A DNA stretch of 64,000 bases from Euglena gracilis (Eukaryota): the NCBI GenBank assembly GCA_039621445.1, contig CP154954.1, forward strand, positions 36,689,703 to 36,753,702, in the 5' to 3' direction. A model generated the notes under the pieces. The model did not search any database. It saw only the letters and a program-made list of their open reading frames with translations, and had not been told where the DNA came from. The position numbers and the translations under genes are program-made. Numbering within the stretch: the stretch's first letter is position 1; every line of letters begins with the position of its first letter. Shown here piece by piece: positions 47,944-60,557 of the stretch.

Positions 47944-50845
47944 CCCCCCCCCCCCAAATCCCCCCAATCCCCCCCCACCCCCCCCCCCACCACCAGGGCC
48001 ATGGGCACCAAGTGGTGCTGGCCCCTGGCGCGGGTGGTGGCCCCCTGGACGGAAGACGCTGCCTCCGCCGACCACCTTGGCCAACGCCTCCGCTGGTCAA
48101 CTCGCCCTTGGCCAACGCCTCCGACGACTGCGCCACAGCGTCGCCCACCGCCACAGCCCACCACAGCCTACCACGGCGTCGCCCACCGGACATCTCGCCC
48201 TTCAGCCTTCAGTGCCCCCCGGTTCCCCAGCTTCAGCCAGGCCACTGTTTTTTTCCCCCTTGCTCAAAGGACTCGGCGGTTCTGGGAGGGGGTTCCTGGG
48301 GTTGGAACCAGGGCGTCGCTTAAACCGAAGGCGCCATCCCCAGGGACAGATGGGAAGCAGGCTGCATTTTTAAGGTGGTGCCGACCCCACTCGGCCTTGG
48401 CAGGCACCAGGCTGTTTTTTTTACCAACCCCGGGGGGAGGGGGGGGTCCGGAGTGCCTGTGAGTGCCTGCCCAGGCAGGCACTACCCCCCCCCCCGGGGG
48501 GTGGGGTCGCATTTCGGCCTGTGCCCGGGCACATTTCTTTGAAAATAGGCCATTTTTGGCTCCCCGGGAAGGGTTGTGGCTAGGGCACTTTTGGCCGTGT
48601 GCCCCCCCTGGGGGCTCGGATTTGGAGCGCCTTGGGGGTGCTGCCCAGGCAGGCACCCCCCCCCCCAGGGTGGGGTCGGCACCCGACTAAAATACAGCCT
48701 GGCAGGCACCCCAAGGCAGATCCAACCCCGGGGGGGGGGGGGGTAGACATGGCCAAAACTGGCTGGGCATTTGGCCAAGGCCCTTCCGGTGCCTCAGGCG
48801 CCGGATGCCCAGAAAAACCCACTGTTGGGCGCTTTTTGGTCCACGGCCAGGCAGGCACCGACCCCGGGGGGGGGGGGGGGGTTTCTGCCCAGGCACTCCA
48901 GGGCATTCCGAGGCACCCCTTCCCCCCCAGGGTTGGCAAACCCTAGCCTGATGGGATTTCAGGCTGAATCCCATCCTGTCGGCATTAAGGAAGGTGGTGG
49001 GGAGCAGACAATTTTTTAAGCACTATCCCACCCCCCTCCAGGCTTCCCATTCATCCCTGCCCTTCTTGGGGGGGGGGTCCGTCAGTCAGCAGCCTTTTTC
49101 CAACCAGCCCAAATGAACTCGACCCCCCCCCCACAGGGTTGCTAAGCGACGCCCTGGCACACACACATTGGTAGAGAATGGGCCAATGCTCTGTGCAATT
49201 TTTGTTTTGTTGTTTTTGGTGGGTCTCTGGCAGGGTGCTGGTTGGGTTGGTTTTGTGTGCAGGGGGGGGGAGGGGTGCAGACCATCCCCCACCCTTCTGA
49301 CGCAAGGTGTTCTGCACCTCCGTCCAATCCCCGCCCCCCAGGGGGGTTGCCGTGGGTGGAGCCTTGCAACCAGGACCAGAAAGACCTTTGAGAAAATGTG
49401 ACCTCCTCTGGGGGCCAGCCTGCCAGCAGCCCTTTTCCAGCCCGGGACCCCTGGGGGGGGGGAAGGGGTCAGCCAGCCCAAATTTTCCGGCTTCTGAGCT
49501 GAATCCCCTGGAGTGGTCGTTTAAAGAACGCCCTGCTTGCAACCCAAAAAGTTTTCCCCCTGACATTTGCATTGAAAAACATATTTATTGTCTTTTATAT
49601 ATTCATCCCTCAAAAAAGGAAAGCGCTAAAATACCCATCGTGGGACGAAGCCCAAACCAAGCCCAAATTTGAAACTGCGATTTTGGGGATACTCCAAATC
49701 TCAAAAAGATCTGGCGCTTTCCATAAAACCCTGGCTGTGTTTGCAGAAGAAAACGGGCCTGCCTGTGAGTGAGCCCGCTGCACCGCCATCCCCGACGCTG
49801 CCGCTGCCGCTGCTCCGCCGACTGCATGGCCACAGCCCACAGCCCACAACACAACCACCCACACCACCCACCCCACCCCCACCTGCCCCGGCCACCCAGG
49901 GCCCCAACCCCCACAGCGTCCCCGGCAACCCCGGGGCCGTGTCGGATGACCTCGCTTGGCCTCGGCTCGCCCTGGCCGAGCGAGGGTTCCCGGCGCGGCA
50001 CCGGGGAAGCTACCCCGCAGCCCCGCCTCAGCCCCCGCAGCGTACCCGGCCCCCCTGGGCCCCGACCCCCCACAGTCACCCTGGCCTCAGCCCAGGGTTT
50101 GATATAAGGAGGGCGTACATGGTTTAGGTGGGGGGTGTCCCCCCACCCCCCCCCTCCTGGCCCGCCGGGGGGTCCGGACCACACCCCCCCACCTGCCAGG
50201 GGGCTCCGGACCGACCCTCGGGGGGGGGGGGGGGTTGCCGTGGGTGGACTTGCAACCAGGACCAGAAAGACCTTCAGAAAATGTGACCTCATCTGGGGGC
50301 CAGCCTGCCAGCAGCCCTTTTCCGGCCCGGGACCCCTGGAGGGGCTGAAGGGGTCAGCAAGCCCAAATTTTCCGGCTTCTGAGCTGAATCCCCTGGGGTG
50401 GTCGTTTAAAGAACGCTCTGTTTGCAACCCAAAAAGTTTTTCCCCTGTGGGCTTGGTTTGGGCTTCGTCCCACGATGGGTATTTTAGTGCTTTCCTTTTT
50501 GAGGGATGAATATATAAAGGACCATAAATATGTTTTTCAATTGAAACCAGGACCAGAAAGGCCTTCAGAAAATTTAACCTCCTCTGGGGGCCAGCCTGCC
50601 AGCAGCCCTTTTCCATCCCTCAAAAAAGGAAAGCACTAAAATACCCGTCGTGGGACGAAGCCCAAACCAAGCCCAAATTTGAAACTGCGATTTTGGGGAT
50701 ACTCCAAATCTCAAAAAGATCCGGCGCTTTCCATAAAACCCTGGCTGTGTTTGCAGAAGAAAACGGGCCTGCCTGTGAGTGGGCCCGCTGCATCACCATC
50801 CCCGAGCCGCTGCCGCTGCTCCGCCACCGACTGCATGGCCACAGC

Positions 50846-52451
50846 CAGGCACCTATAGCTAAAATGGCCTAAAATGGCCTAAAATGGCCTAAAATGGCCT
50901 AAAATGGGAAAAATTTTGCTGCACAAAATTTTTTTGTGAACAACTGAATCCATTCAGGGAAAAAATTCTGTTGCACAAAATTTTTTTGTGAACAACTGAA
51001 TCCATTGAGGCAATGACTTTCGGTGTCTTTTGTTAATGTGGACGGCGAACAGTGGATTTGGTGGAGGAGCACAGCCCCACAAGGCCCATGTTTTTATCCC
51101 TATTAAAAGTAGCATCAGTCCAAAATCCACAGTCCCCAACCTTTTGGTAGCTGAACTTTGAAGGTTTGGACAAAATTATTTTTCTTACTCCCATTTTTTT
51201 TTCGGTGCGGAACAAGGTCCGTTTCACAAATAATGAAACAGTGCAAGTTTTGAAGCACGGGGAAAAAGACAGAAAAAGAAACGCAAAAGATGTTGGAAAA
51301 TATCAATTGAAATATATAATACAAGGATTGTTATAAATTTCTAAATTTAATAATAAATTCTCTAAGGAAATTTATATAAAATATTTTTTTATGAATGGAC
51401 ATTTTATTATCATACAAATTTTTTATGTTTAATATGGATATTGAATGTGGGTTTTATTATTATATTTTATTATTGTATTTTATTATTATCAATTTTATTA
51501 ATATATATTTTCTAATGACGTTCAGAAATAGAAATTAATAAATATATATTAAGTAAAAATAGTATTGATAAATTATGTAATTGTTAATAATAACTATTAT
51601 GACCACTTTAAATCATATCATTTTTAAATTGAGTATGATAAAATATGAATATGATAAAATTGAACATGATAAAAATAAAATATGATAGAATGTGAAATAT
51701 TTTATTGGTATATAGGTACAGGATTAGGTTCACATATTTCACCTTTTATTGTTTTTTTGGGAGTTTATTTTTTGTTTATATTATGGATCTTAATAATTAT
51801 TCTTTAAATATGTATCATCATAAAGAAATGAATGATGTACAACAAATTTTTTATAATGGTGCTAACTCTAATGATATTATGATTTGATACTATGATTTTT
51901 TTTATGAAAGATAATAATATATTTTTTATTATTTATAGAAGCATTTTTTTTATAAATTCGCTATATCAAACAATATATAATACGGTGCATGGGTGTGGTT
52001 AGTGTATTATTCTCTCTCTATTTATAACTTGGTTTTCTTTTCAGTATTAAGTTTCCCCAAAATACAAAAAGCTGAGCCCTTCTGGTAGTGCAAATAAAAC
52101 TTTTAATATTTGTTAAAATTTTTTTCTGAAAATTTTTCACTGCCGCAAATTCTTGCTGTTCAGAATTCCTCTATGGGAATGAATTAAGATTTGTTGAGCT
52201 TCCCATGGTTTTGATCCAGTGTTCATGAATTTTGCATGCTTTTTGGATGTACTTTTGTTATAACTTAATTAGAGAAGGTTTGCACACGTTATGATACAGT
52301 TTTCGGGACAAAAATAACGAAAACATATGATTTCAGAACCCCCACCTATACCTTAAAATGGCCTAAAATGGCCTAAAATGGCCTTAAATGGTCTAAAATG
52401 GCCTAAAATGGCCTAAAATGAGGAAATTTTGGGCTTGACTATAGGTGCCTG
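50846..52451. mobile_element. Pack-type hAT-like element with AT-rich cargo, copy 1
   Basis: TIR caggcacctatag / ctataggtgcctg; perfect TSD gccacagc; subterminal (taaaatggcc)n; empty site at 49829-49836. Confidence 0.9.
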
Positions 52452-52530
52452 GCCACAGCCCACAGCCCTTACGACAACCACATGCACCATCCACCCCACC
52501 CCACCTGCCCCGGCCACCCTGGGCCCCTAC

Positions 52531-52888
52531 CAGACCATTGTTTAACACCTGTCCCACCCCACCCCCCAGGGGGGTGACTGACTGGTTTTTTCAGGGTGAC
52601 TGACTGATTTTTTTGGCCTTGACTTTCCCCCCGGGGGGGGGGGTAGGGTAGTCCAGAAATCACCCAAAAGTGACTGAGTGGCCAACCGGCGTCAAAGGCG
52701 CCGGAGAAAATTTTGGCCAAAAATGGCCTTGAAAGGCCAAAAAGTGACTGGTTTTCCTGAGTGGCTGACCCCCCCTGGGGGGGGGGGTAAAGTGACTGAC
52801 TGGCTTGGCCGAAAAAAAGTGACTGACCGGTTTTTTCGGAGTGGAAAGTGACCCCCCTCCCCCCCGGGGGTCGCTAAGCAATGGTATG
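52531..52888. mobile_element. Family-B MITE (copies at 55813-56170 and 59521-59876)
   Basis: TIR cagaccattg / caatggtatg; perfect TSD gcccctac; empty site gccccaac at ~49901. Confidence 0.85.
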
Positions 52889-53126
52889 GCCCCTACCCCC
52901 ACAGCGTCCCCGGCAACCCCGGGGCCGTGTCGGATGACCTCGCTTGGCCTCGGCTCGCCCTGGCCGAGCGAGGGTTCCCGGCGCGGCACCGGGGAAGCTA
53001 CCCCGCAGCCCCGCCTCAGCCCCCGCAGCGTACCCGGCCCCCCTGGGCCCCGACCCCACACAGTCACCCTGGCCTCAGCCCAGGGTTTGATATAAGGAGG
53101 GCGTACATGGTTTAGGTGGGGGGGTG

Positions 53127-53416
53127 CAGGCTTCTTTTTAAGTCAGCAGACCCCCCCCCCCCCCCCGGGGGGAGGGGGGGTGGGTGGGTGGGGCCGGGGC
53201 GCACCCCCCCACCCCGGGGGGGGGGGGTCCCGCGCCGGAGGCGCTGGGTATACCTTTTCGGCGCGAAGCGCCGAAAATTTTTGGAAATCGCCTTTAGCGG
53301 GCCCGATTTTGGGGGGGGTCCCGCCCCCCCCCCCCCCCCCCCCCCCCGCGCCACCCTGGGTGGGTGGGGGGGGACCCCCCCCCCCTCCCCCCCCCGGGGG
53401 GCTTAAAAAGAAGCCT
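53127..53416. mobile_element. Family-C MITE inside a family-D MITE (copy at 56409-56702)
   Basis: Perfect TSD ggggggtg; absent from the homologous sites at ~50130 and ~60110. Confidence 0.85.
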
Positions 53417-54130
53417 GGGGGGGTGTCCCCCCCCCCTCCTGGCCCGCAGGGGGGTCCGGACCACACCCCCCCCCCCCCCCCTCGCCAGGGGCCTCCCTAC
53501 CGACCCTCGGGGGGGGGGGGGTTGCCGTGGGTGGACTTGCAACCAGGACCAGAAAGACCTTCAGAAAATGTGACCTCATCTGGGGGCCAGCCTGCCAGCA
53601 GCCCTTTTCCGGCCCGGGACCTGGAGGGGCTGAAGGGGTCAGCAAGCCCAAATTTTCCGGCTTCTGAGCTGAATCCCCTGGGGTGGTCGTTTAAAGAACG
53701 CTCTGTTTGCAACCCAAAAAGTTTTTCCCCTGTGGGCTTGGTTTGGGCTTCGTCCCACGATGGGTATTTTAGTGCTTTCCTTTTTGAGGGATGAATATAT
53801 AAAGGACCATAAATATGTTTTTCAATTGAAACCAGGACCAGAAAGGCCTTCAGAAAATTTAACCTCCTCTGGGGGCCAGCCTGCCAGCAGCCCTTTTCCA
53901 TCCCTCCAAAAAGGAAAGCACTAAAATACCCGTCGTGGGACGAAGCCCAAACCAAGCCCAAATTTGAAACTGCGATTTTGGGGATACTCCAAATCTCAAA
54001 AAGATCCGGCGCTTTCCATAAAACCCTGGCTGTGTTTGCAGAAGAAAACGGGCCTGCCTGTGAGTGGGCCCGCTGCATCACCATCCCCGAGCCGCTGCCG
54101 CTGCTCCGCCACCGACTGCATGGCCACAGC

Positions 54131-55733
54131 CAGGCACCTATAGCTAAAATGGCCTAAAATGGCCTAAAATGGCCTAAAATGGCCTAAAATGGGAAAAATT
54201 TTGTTGCACAAAATTTTTTTGTGAACAACTGAATCCATTCAGGGAAAAAATTCTGTTGCACAAAATTTTTTTGTGAACAACTGAATCCATTGAGGCAATG
54301 ACTTTCGGTGTCTTTTGTTAATGTGGACGGCGAACAGTGGATTTGGTGGAGGAGCACAGCCCCACAAGGCCCATGTTTTTATCCCTATTAAAAGTAGCAT
54401 CAGTCCAAAATCCACAGTCCCCAACCTTTTGGTAGCTGAACTTTGAAGGTTTGGACAAAATTATTTTTCTTACTCCCATTTTTTTCCGGTGCGGAACAAG
54501 GTCCGTTTCACAAATAATGAAACAGTGCAAGTTTTGAAGCACGGGGAAAAAGACAGAAAAAGAAACGCAAAAGATGTTGGAAAATATCAATTGAAATATA
54601 TAATACAAGGATTGTTATAAATTTCTAAATTTAATAATAAATTCTCTAAGGAAATTTATATAAAATATTTTTTTATGAATGGACATTTTATTATCATACA
54701 AATTTTTTATTTTTAATATGTATATTGAATATGGAGTTTATTATTATATTTTATTATTGTATTTTATTATTATCAATTTTATTAATATATATTTTCTAAT
54801 GACGTTCAGAAATAGAAATTAATAAATATATATTAAGTAAAAATAGTATTGATAAATTATGTAATTGTTAATAATAACTATTATGACCACTTTAAATCAT
54901 ATCATTTTTAAATTGAGTATGATAAAATATGAATATGATAAAATTGAACATGATAAAAATAAAATATGATAGAATGTGAAATATTTTATTGGTATATAGG
55001 TACAGGATTAGGTTCACATATTTCACCTTTTATTGTTTTTTTGGGAGTTTATTTTTTGTTTATATTATGGATCTTAATAATTATTCTTTAAATATGTATC
55101 ATCATAAAGAAATGAATGATGTACAACAAATTTTTTATAATGGTGCTAACTCTAATGATATTATGATTTGATACTATGATTTTTTTTATGAAAGATAATA
55201 ATATATTTTTATTATTTATAGAAGCATTTTTTTTATGAATTCGCTATATCAAACAATATATATTACGGTGCATGGGTGTGGTTAGTGTATTATTCTCTCC
55301 TATTTATAACTTGGTTTTCTTTTCAGTATTAAGTTTCCCCAAAATACAAAAAGCTGAGCCCTTCTGGTAGTGCAAATAAAACTTTTAATATTTGTTAAAA
55401 TTTTTTTCTGAAAATTTTTCACTGCCGCAAATTCTTGCTGTTCAGAATTCCTCTATGGGAATGAATTAAGATTTGTTGAGCTTCCCATGGTTTTGATCCA
55501 GTGTTCATGAATTTTGCATGCTTTTTGGATGTACTTTTGTTATAACTTAATTAGAGAAGGTTTGCACACGTTATGATACAGTTTTCGGGACAAAAATAAC
55601 GAAAACATATGATTTCAGAACCCCCACCTATACCTTAAAATGGCCTAAAATGGCCTAAAATGGCCTTAAATGGTCTAAAATGGCCTAAAATGGCCTAAAA
55701 TGAGGAAATTTTGGGCTTGACTATAGGTGCCTG
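54131..55733. mobile_element. Pack-type hAT-like element, copy 2
   Basis: Same TIR and TSD as copy 1. Confidence 0.9.
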
Positions 55734-57417
55734 GCCACAGCCCACAGCCCTTACGACAACCACATGCACCATCCACCCCACCCCACCTGCCCCGGCCACC
55801 CTGGGCCCCTACCAGACCATTGTTTAACACCTGTCCCACCCCACCCCCCAGGGGGGTGACTGACTGGTTTTTTCAGGGTGACTGACTGATTTTTTTGGCC
55901 TTGACTTTCCCCCCGGGGGGGGGGGTAGGGTAGTCCAGAAATCACCCAAAAGTGACTGAGTGGCCAACCGGCGTCAAAGGCGCCGGAGAAAATTTTGGCC
56001 AAAAATGGCCTTGAAAGGCCAAAAAGTGACTGGTTTTCCTGAGTGGCTGACCCCCCCTGGGGGGGGGGGTAAAGTGACTGACTGGCTTGGCCGAAAAAAA
56101 GTGACTGACCGGTTTTTTCGGAGTGGAAAGTGACCCCCCTCCCCCCCGGGGGTCGCTAAGCAATGGTATGGCCCCTACCCCCACAGCGTCCCCGGCAACC
56201 CCGGGGCCGTGTCGGATGACCTCGCTTGGCCTCGGCTCGCCCTGGCCGAGCGAGGGTTCCCGGCGCGGCACCGGGGAAGCTACCCCGCAGCCCCGCCTCA
56301 GCCCCCGCAGCGTACCCGGCCCCCCTGGGCCCCGACCCCACACAGTCACCCTGGCCTCAGCCCAGGGTTTGATATAAGGAGGGCGTACATGGTTTAGGTG
56401 GGGGGGTGCAGGCTTCTTTTTAAGTCAGCAGACCCCCCCCCCCCCCCCGGGGGGGGGGGGGGTGGGGGGGTGGGCCCGGGCCGCCCCCCCCCCCGGGGGG
56501 GGGGTCCCGCGCCGGAGGCGCTGGGTATACCTTTTCGGCGCGAAGCGCCGAAAATTTTTGGAAATCGCCTTTAGCGGGCCCGATTTTGGGGGGGGGTCCC
56601 GCCCCCCCCCCCCCCCCCCCGGGGGGGGGCCCGCGCCCCCCCCGGGGGGGGGGGGGGGGGCCCCCCCCCCCCCCCCCCCCGGGGATCTTAAAAAGAAGCC
56701 TGGGGGGGTGTCCCCCCCCCCTCCTGGCCCGCAGGGGGGTCCGGACCACACCCCCCCCCCCCCCACCTGCCAGGGGGCTCCGTACCGACCCTCGGGGGGG
56801 GGGGGGTTGCCGTGGGTGGACTTGCAACCAGGACCAGAAAGACCTTCAGAAAATGTGACCTCATCTGGGGGCCAGCCTGCCAGCAGCCCTTTTCCGGCCC
56901 GGGACCCCTGGAGGGGCTGAAGGGGTCAGCAAGCCCAAATTTTCCGGCTTCTGAGCTGAATCCCCTGGGGTGGTCGTTTAAAGAACGCTCTGTTTGCAAC
57001 CCAAAAAGTTTTTCCCCTGTGGGCTTGGTTTGGGCTTCGTCCCACGATGGGTATTTTAGTGCTTTCCTTTTTGAGGGATGAATATATAAAGGACCATAAA
57101 TATGTTTTTCAATTGAAACCAGGACCAGAAAGGCCTTCAGAAAATTTAACCTCCTCTGGGGGCCAGCCTGCCAGCAGCCCTTTTCCATCCCTCCAAAAAG
57201 GAAAGCACTAAAATACCCGTCGTGGGACGAAGCCCAAACCAAGCCCAAATTTGAAACTGCGATTTTGGGGATACTCCAAATCTCAAAAAGATCCGGCGCT
57301 TTCCATAAAACCCTGGCTGTGTTTGCAGAAGAAAACGGGCCTGCCTGTGAGTGGGCCCGCTGCATCACCATCCCCGAGCCGCTGCCGCTGCTCCGCCACC
57401 GACTGCATGGCCACAGC

Positions 57418-59441
57418 CAGGCACCTATAGCTAAAATGGCCTAAAATGGCCTAAAATGGCCTAAAATGGCCTAAAATGGGAAAAATTTTGTTGCACAAAA
57501 TTTTTTTGTGAACAACTGAATCCATTCAGGGAAAAAATTCTGTTGCACAAAATTTTTTTGTGAACAACTGAATCCATTGAGGCAATGACTTTCGGTGTCT
57601 TTTGTTAATGTGGACGGCGAACAGTGGATTTGGTGGAGGAGCACAGCCCCACAAGGCCCATGTTTTTATCCCTATTAAAAGTAGCATCAGTCCAAAATCC
57701 ACAGTCCCCAACCTTTTGGTAGCTGAACTTTGAAGGTTTGGACAAAATTATTTTTCTTACTCCCATTTTTTTTCCGGTGCGGAACAAGGTCCGTTTCACA
57801 AATAATGAAACAGTGCAAGTTTTGAAGCACGGGGAAAAAGACAGAAAAAGAAACGCAAAAGATGTTGGAAAATATCAATTGAAATATATAATACAAGGAT
57901 TGTTATAAATTTCTAAATTTAATAATAAATTCTCTAAGGAAATTTATATAAAATATTTTTTTTATGAATGGACATTTTATTATCATACAAATTTTTTATG
58001 TTTAATATGGATATTGAATGTGGGTTTTATTATTATATTTTATTATTGTATTTTATTATTATCAATTTTATTAATATATATTTTCTAATGACGTTCAGAA
58101 ATAGAAATTAATAAATATATATTAAGTAAAATAGTATTGATAAATTATGTAATTGTTAATAATAACTATTATGACCACTTTAAATCATATCATTTTTAAA
58201 TTGAGTATGATAAAATATGAATATGATAAAATTGAACATGATAAATAAAATATGATAGAATGTGAAATATTTTATTGGTATATAGGTACAGGATTAGGTT
58301 CACATATTTCACCTTTTATTGTTTTTTTGGGAGTTTATTTTTTGTTTATATTATGGATCTTAATAATTATTCTTTAAATATGTATCATCATAAAGAAATG
58401 AATGATGTACAACAAATTTTTTATAATGGTGCTAACTCTAATGATATTATGATTTGATACTATGATTTTTTTTATGAAAGATAATAATATATTTTTATTA
58501 TTTATAGAAGCATTTTTTTTATGAATTCGCTATATCAAACAATATATATTACGGTGCATGGGTGTGGTTAGTGTATTATTCTCTCCTATTTATAACTTGG
58601 TTTTCTTTTCAGTATTAAGTTTCCCCAAAATACAAAAAGCTGAGCCCTTCTGGTAGTGCAAATAAAACTTTTAATATTTGTTAAAAATTTTTTCTGAAAA
58701 TTTTTCACTGCCGCAAATTCTTGCTGTTCAGAATTCCTCTATGGGAATGAATTAAGATTTGTTGAGCTTCCCATGGTTTTGATCCAGTGTTCATGAATTT
58801 TGCATGCTTTTTGGATGTACCCGCCCCCCCCCCTTGTCCACCGACCACCCCTATATACCGACCACCCCCCGGTCGGGGGTTGCAGGTTGAGGGGGGTGTA
58901 CGACCACCCTCCCTGGTCGGGGGTTGCAGGTGACCACCAAAATTTTTCCTCTCATGTGCTTATTGACCAGCTTTTTTCCCGTGTTTCCTGTCCATTGAGT
59001 GTTCGTCATGTTCCCTCCGGGGAGTCCTGTTTTGTTTGAGTGTAGTGATGGCATTGGTCCCTCACCTAATGGGGAGAAATATTACCGTTATGAAATTGCA
59101 CCTTTTTTGGCTTTTGGTTTTGTTTTGGCCCCTAGTGGTACGACCACCCCCCGGTCGGGGGTTGCAGGTTGTGGGGGGTGTACGACCACCCCCCCTGGTC
59201 GGGGGTTGCAGGAACCCGGTCGGTGGACAAGGGGGGGGGCGGGTACTTTTGTTACAACTTAATTAGAGAAGGTTTGCACACGTTATGATACAGTTTTCGG
59301 GACAAAAATAACGAAAACATATGATTTCAGAACCCCCACCTATACCTTAAAATGGCCTAAAATGGCCTAAAATGGCCTTAGGTCTAAAATGGCCTAAATG
59401 GCCTAAAATGAGGAAATTTTGGGCTTGACTATAGGTGCCTG
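57418..59441. mobile_element. Pack-type hAT-like element, copy 3, with nested MITE
   Basis: Same TIR and TSD; extra 424-bp insertion. Confidence 0.9.
58820..59243. mobile_element. TA-target (Tc1/mariner-type) MITE unique to copy 3
   Basis: TIR cccgccccccccccttgtccaccgacc and its reverse complement; empty site gatgtacttttg in copies 1 and 2. A GTAC duplication reading fits equally well. Confidence 0.85.
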
Positions 59442-60068
59442 GCCACAGCCCACAGCCCTCACGACAACCACATGCACCATCCACCCCACCCCACCTGCCC
59501 CGGCCACCCTGGGCCCCTACCAGACCATTGTTTAACACCTGTCCCACCCCACCCCCCAGGGGGGTGACTGACTGGTTTTTTCAGGGTGACTGACTGATTT
59601 TTTTGGCCTTGACTTTCCCCCGGGGGGGGGTAGGGTAGTCCAGAAATCACCCAAAAGTGACTGAGTGGCCAACCGGCGTCAAAGGCGCCGGAGAAAATTT
59701 TGGCCAAAAATGGCCTTGAAAGGCCAAAAAGTGACTGGTTTTCCTGAGTGGCTGACCCCCCCTGGGGGGGGGGGGTAAAGTGACTGACTGGCTTGGCCGA
59801 AAAAAAGTGACTGACCGGTTTTTTCGGAGTGGAAAGTGACCCCCCTCCCCCCCGGGGGTCGCTAAGCAATGGTATGGCCCCTACCCCCACAGCGTCCCCG
59901 GCAACCCCGGGGCCGTGTCGGATGACCTCGCTTGGCCTCGGCTCGCCCTGGCCGAGCGAGGGTTCCCGGCGCGGCACCGGGGAAGCTACCCCGCAGCCCC
60001 GCCTCAGCCCCCGCAGCGTACCCGGCCCCCCTGGGCCCCGACCCCCCACAGTCACCCTGGCCTCAGCC

Positions 60069-60557
60069 CAGGGTTTGATATAAGGAGGGCGTACATGGTT
60101 TAGGTGGGGGGGTGTCCCCCCCCCCTCCTGGCCCGCAAGGGGGTCCGGACCACACCCCCCCCCCACCTGCCAGGGGGCTCCGGACCGACCCTCGGGGGGG
60201 GGGTCCCTGGCGTAAGGGGTCCCTGGCCACTCACCACGCAGCAAACTGGGCCAGAAGCGAAGTTAGCGCCGGCCATAAACAGACAAGAAGCCTTAGTGCA
60301 ACTAAGGGGGGGGGGGCGGGACTCCCCCCTAAAAGGGTCAGTTTTTTCCTCCAGCGCTTTGCGCCGAATTTTTTTTGCATTTTGGCAAATTTTTGCCCAA
60401 AAAGTGCCCAAAGCGGCACTTTTGGTCGTTTTGGGGGGTCAAAAATTTTCGGTCACCCGGACCTCCCCGTTGTTTAGGTGGGGGGGTGTTCCCCCCCCTC
60501 CTGGCCCGCAGGGGGGGTCCGGACCACCCCCGCCACCTGTCCTTATATCGAAGCCTG
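60069..60557. mobile_element. Complete family-D MITE
   Basis: TIR cagggtttgatataagg / ccttatatcgaagcctg; perfect TSD cctcagcc. Confidence 0.9.

Larger units (their letters stand above)
50234..60200. repeat. Three tandem ~3.29-kb units derived from the insertion-free segment 49346-50233
   Basis: gttgccgtgggtggacttgcaacc junction at 50234, 53521 and 56806; ORF track repeats at 3285-3287 nt spacing. Confidence 0.95.

Noticed and set aside
49771-50089. Pro-rich exon of a second gene, repeated in each tandem unit
   Set aside because: Boundaries fit the N5/N3 rule, but the derived copies differ by a frameshifting indel and no homology is recognisable, so it is not called as CDS.
51705-51887. 60-aa ORF repeated three times (MVYRYRIRF...)
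   Set aside because: Identity reflects recent tandem duplication of AT-rich cargo, not protein conservation.
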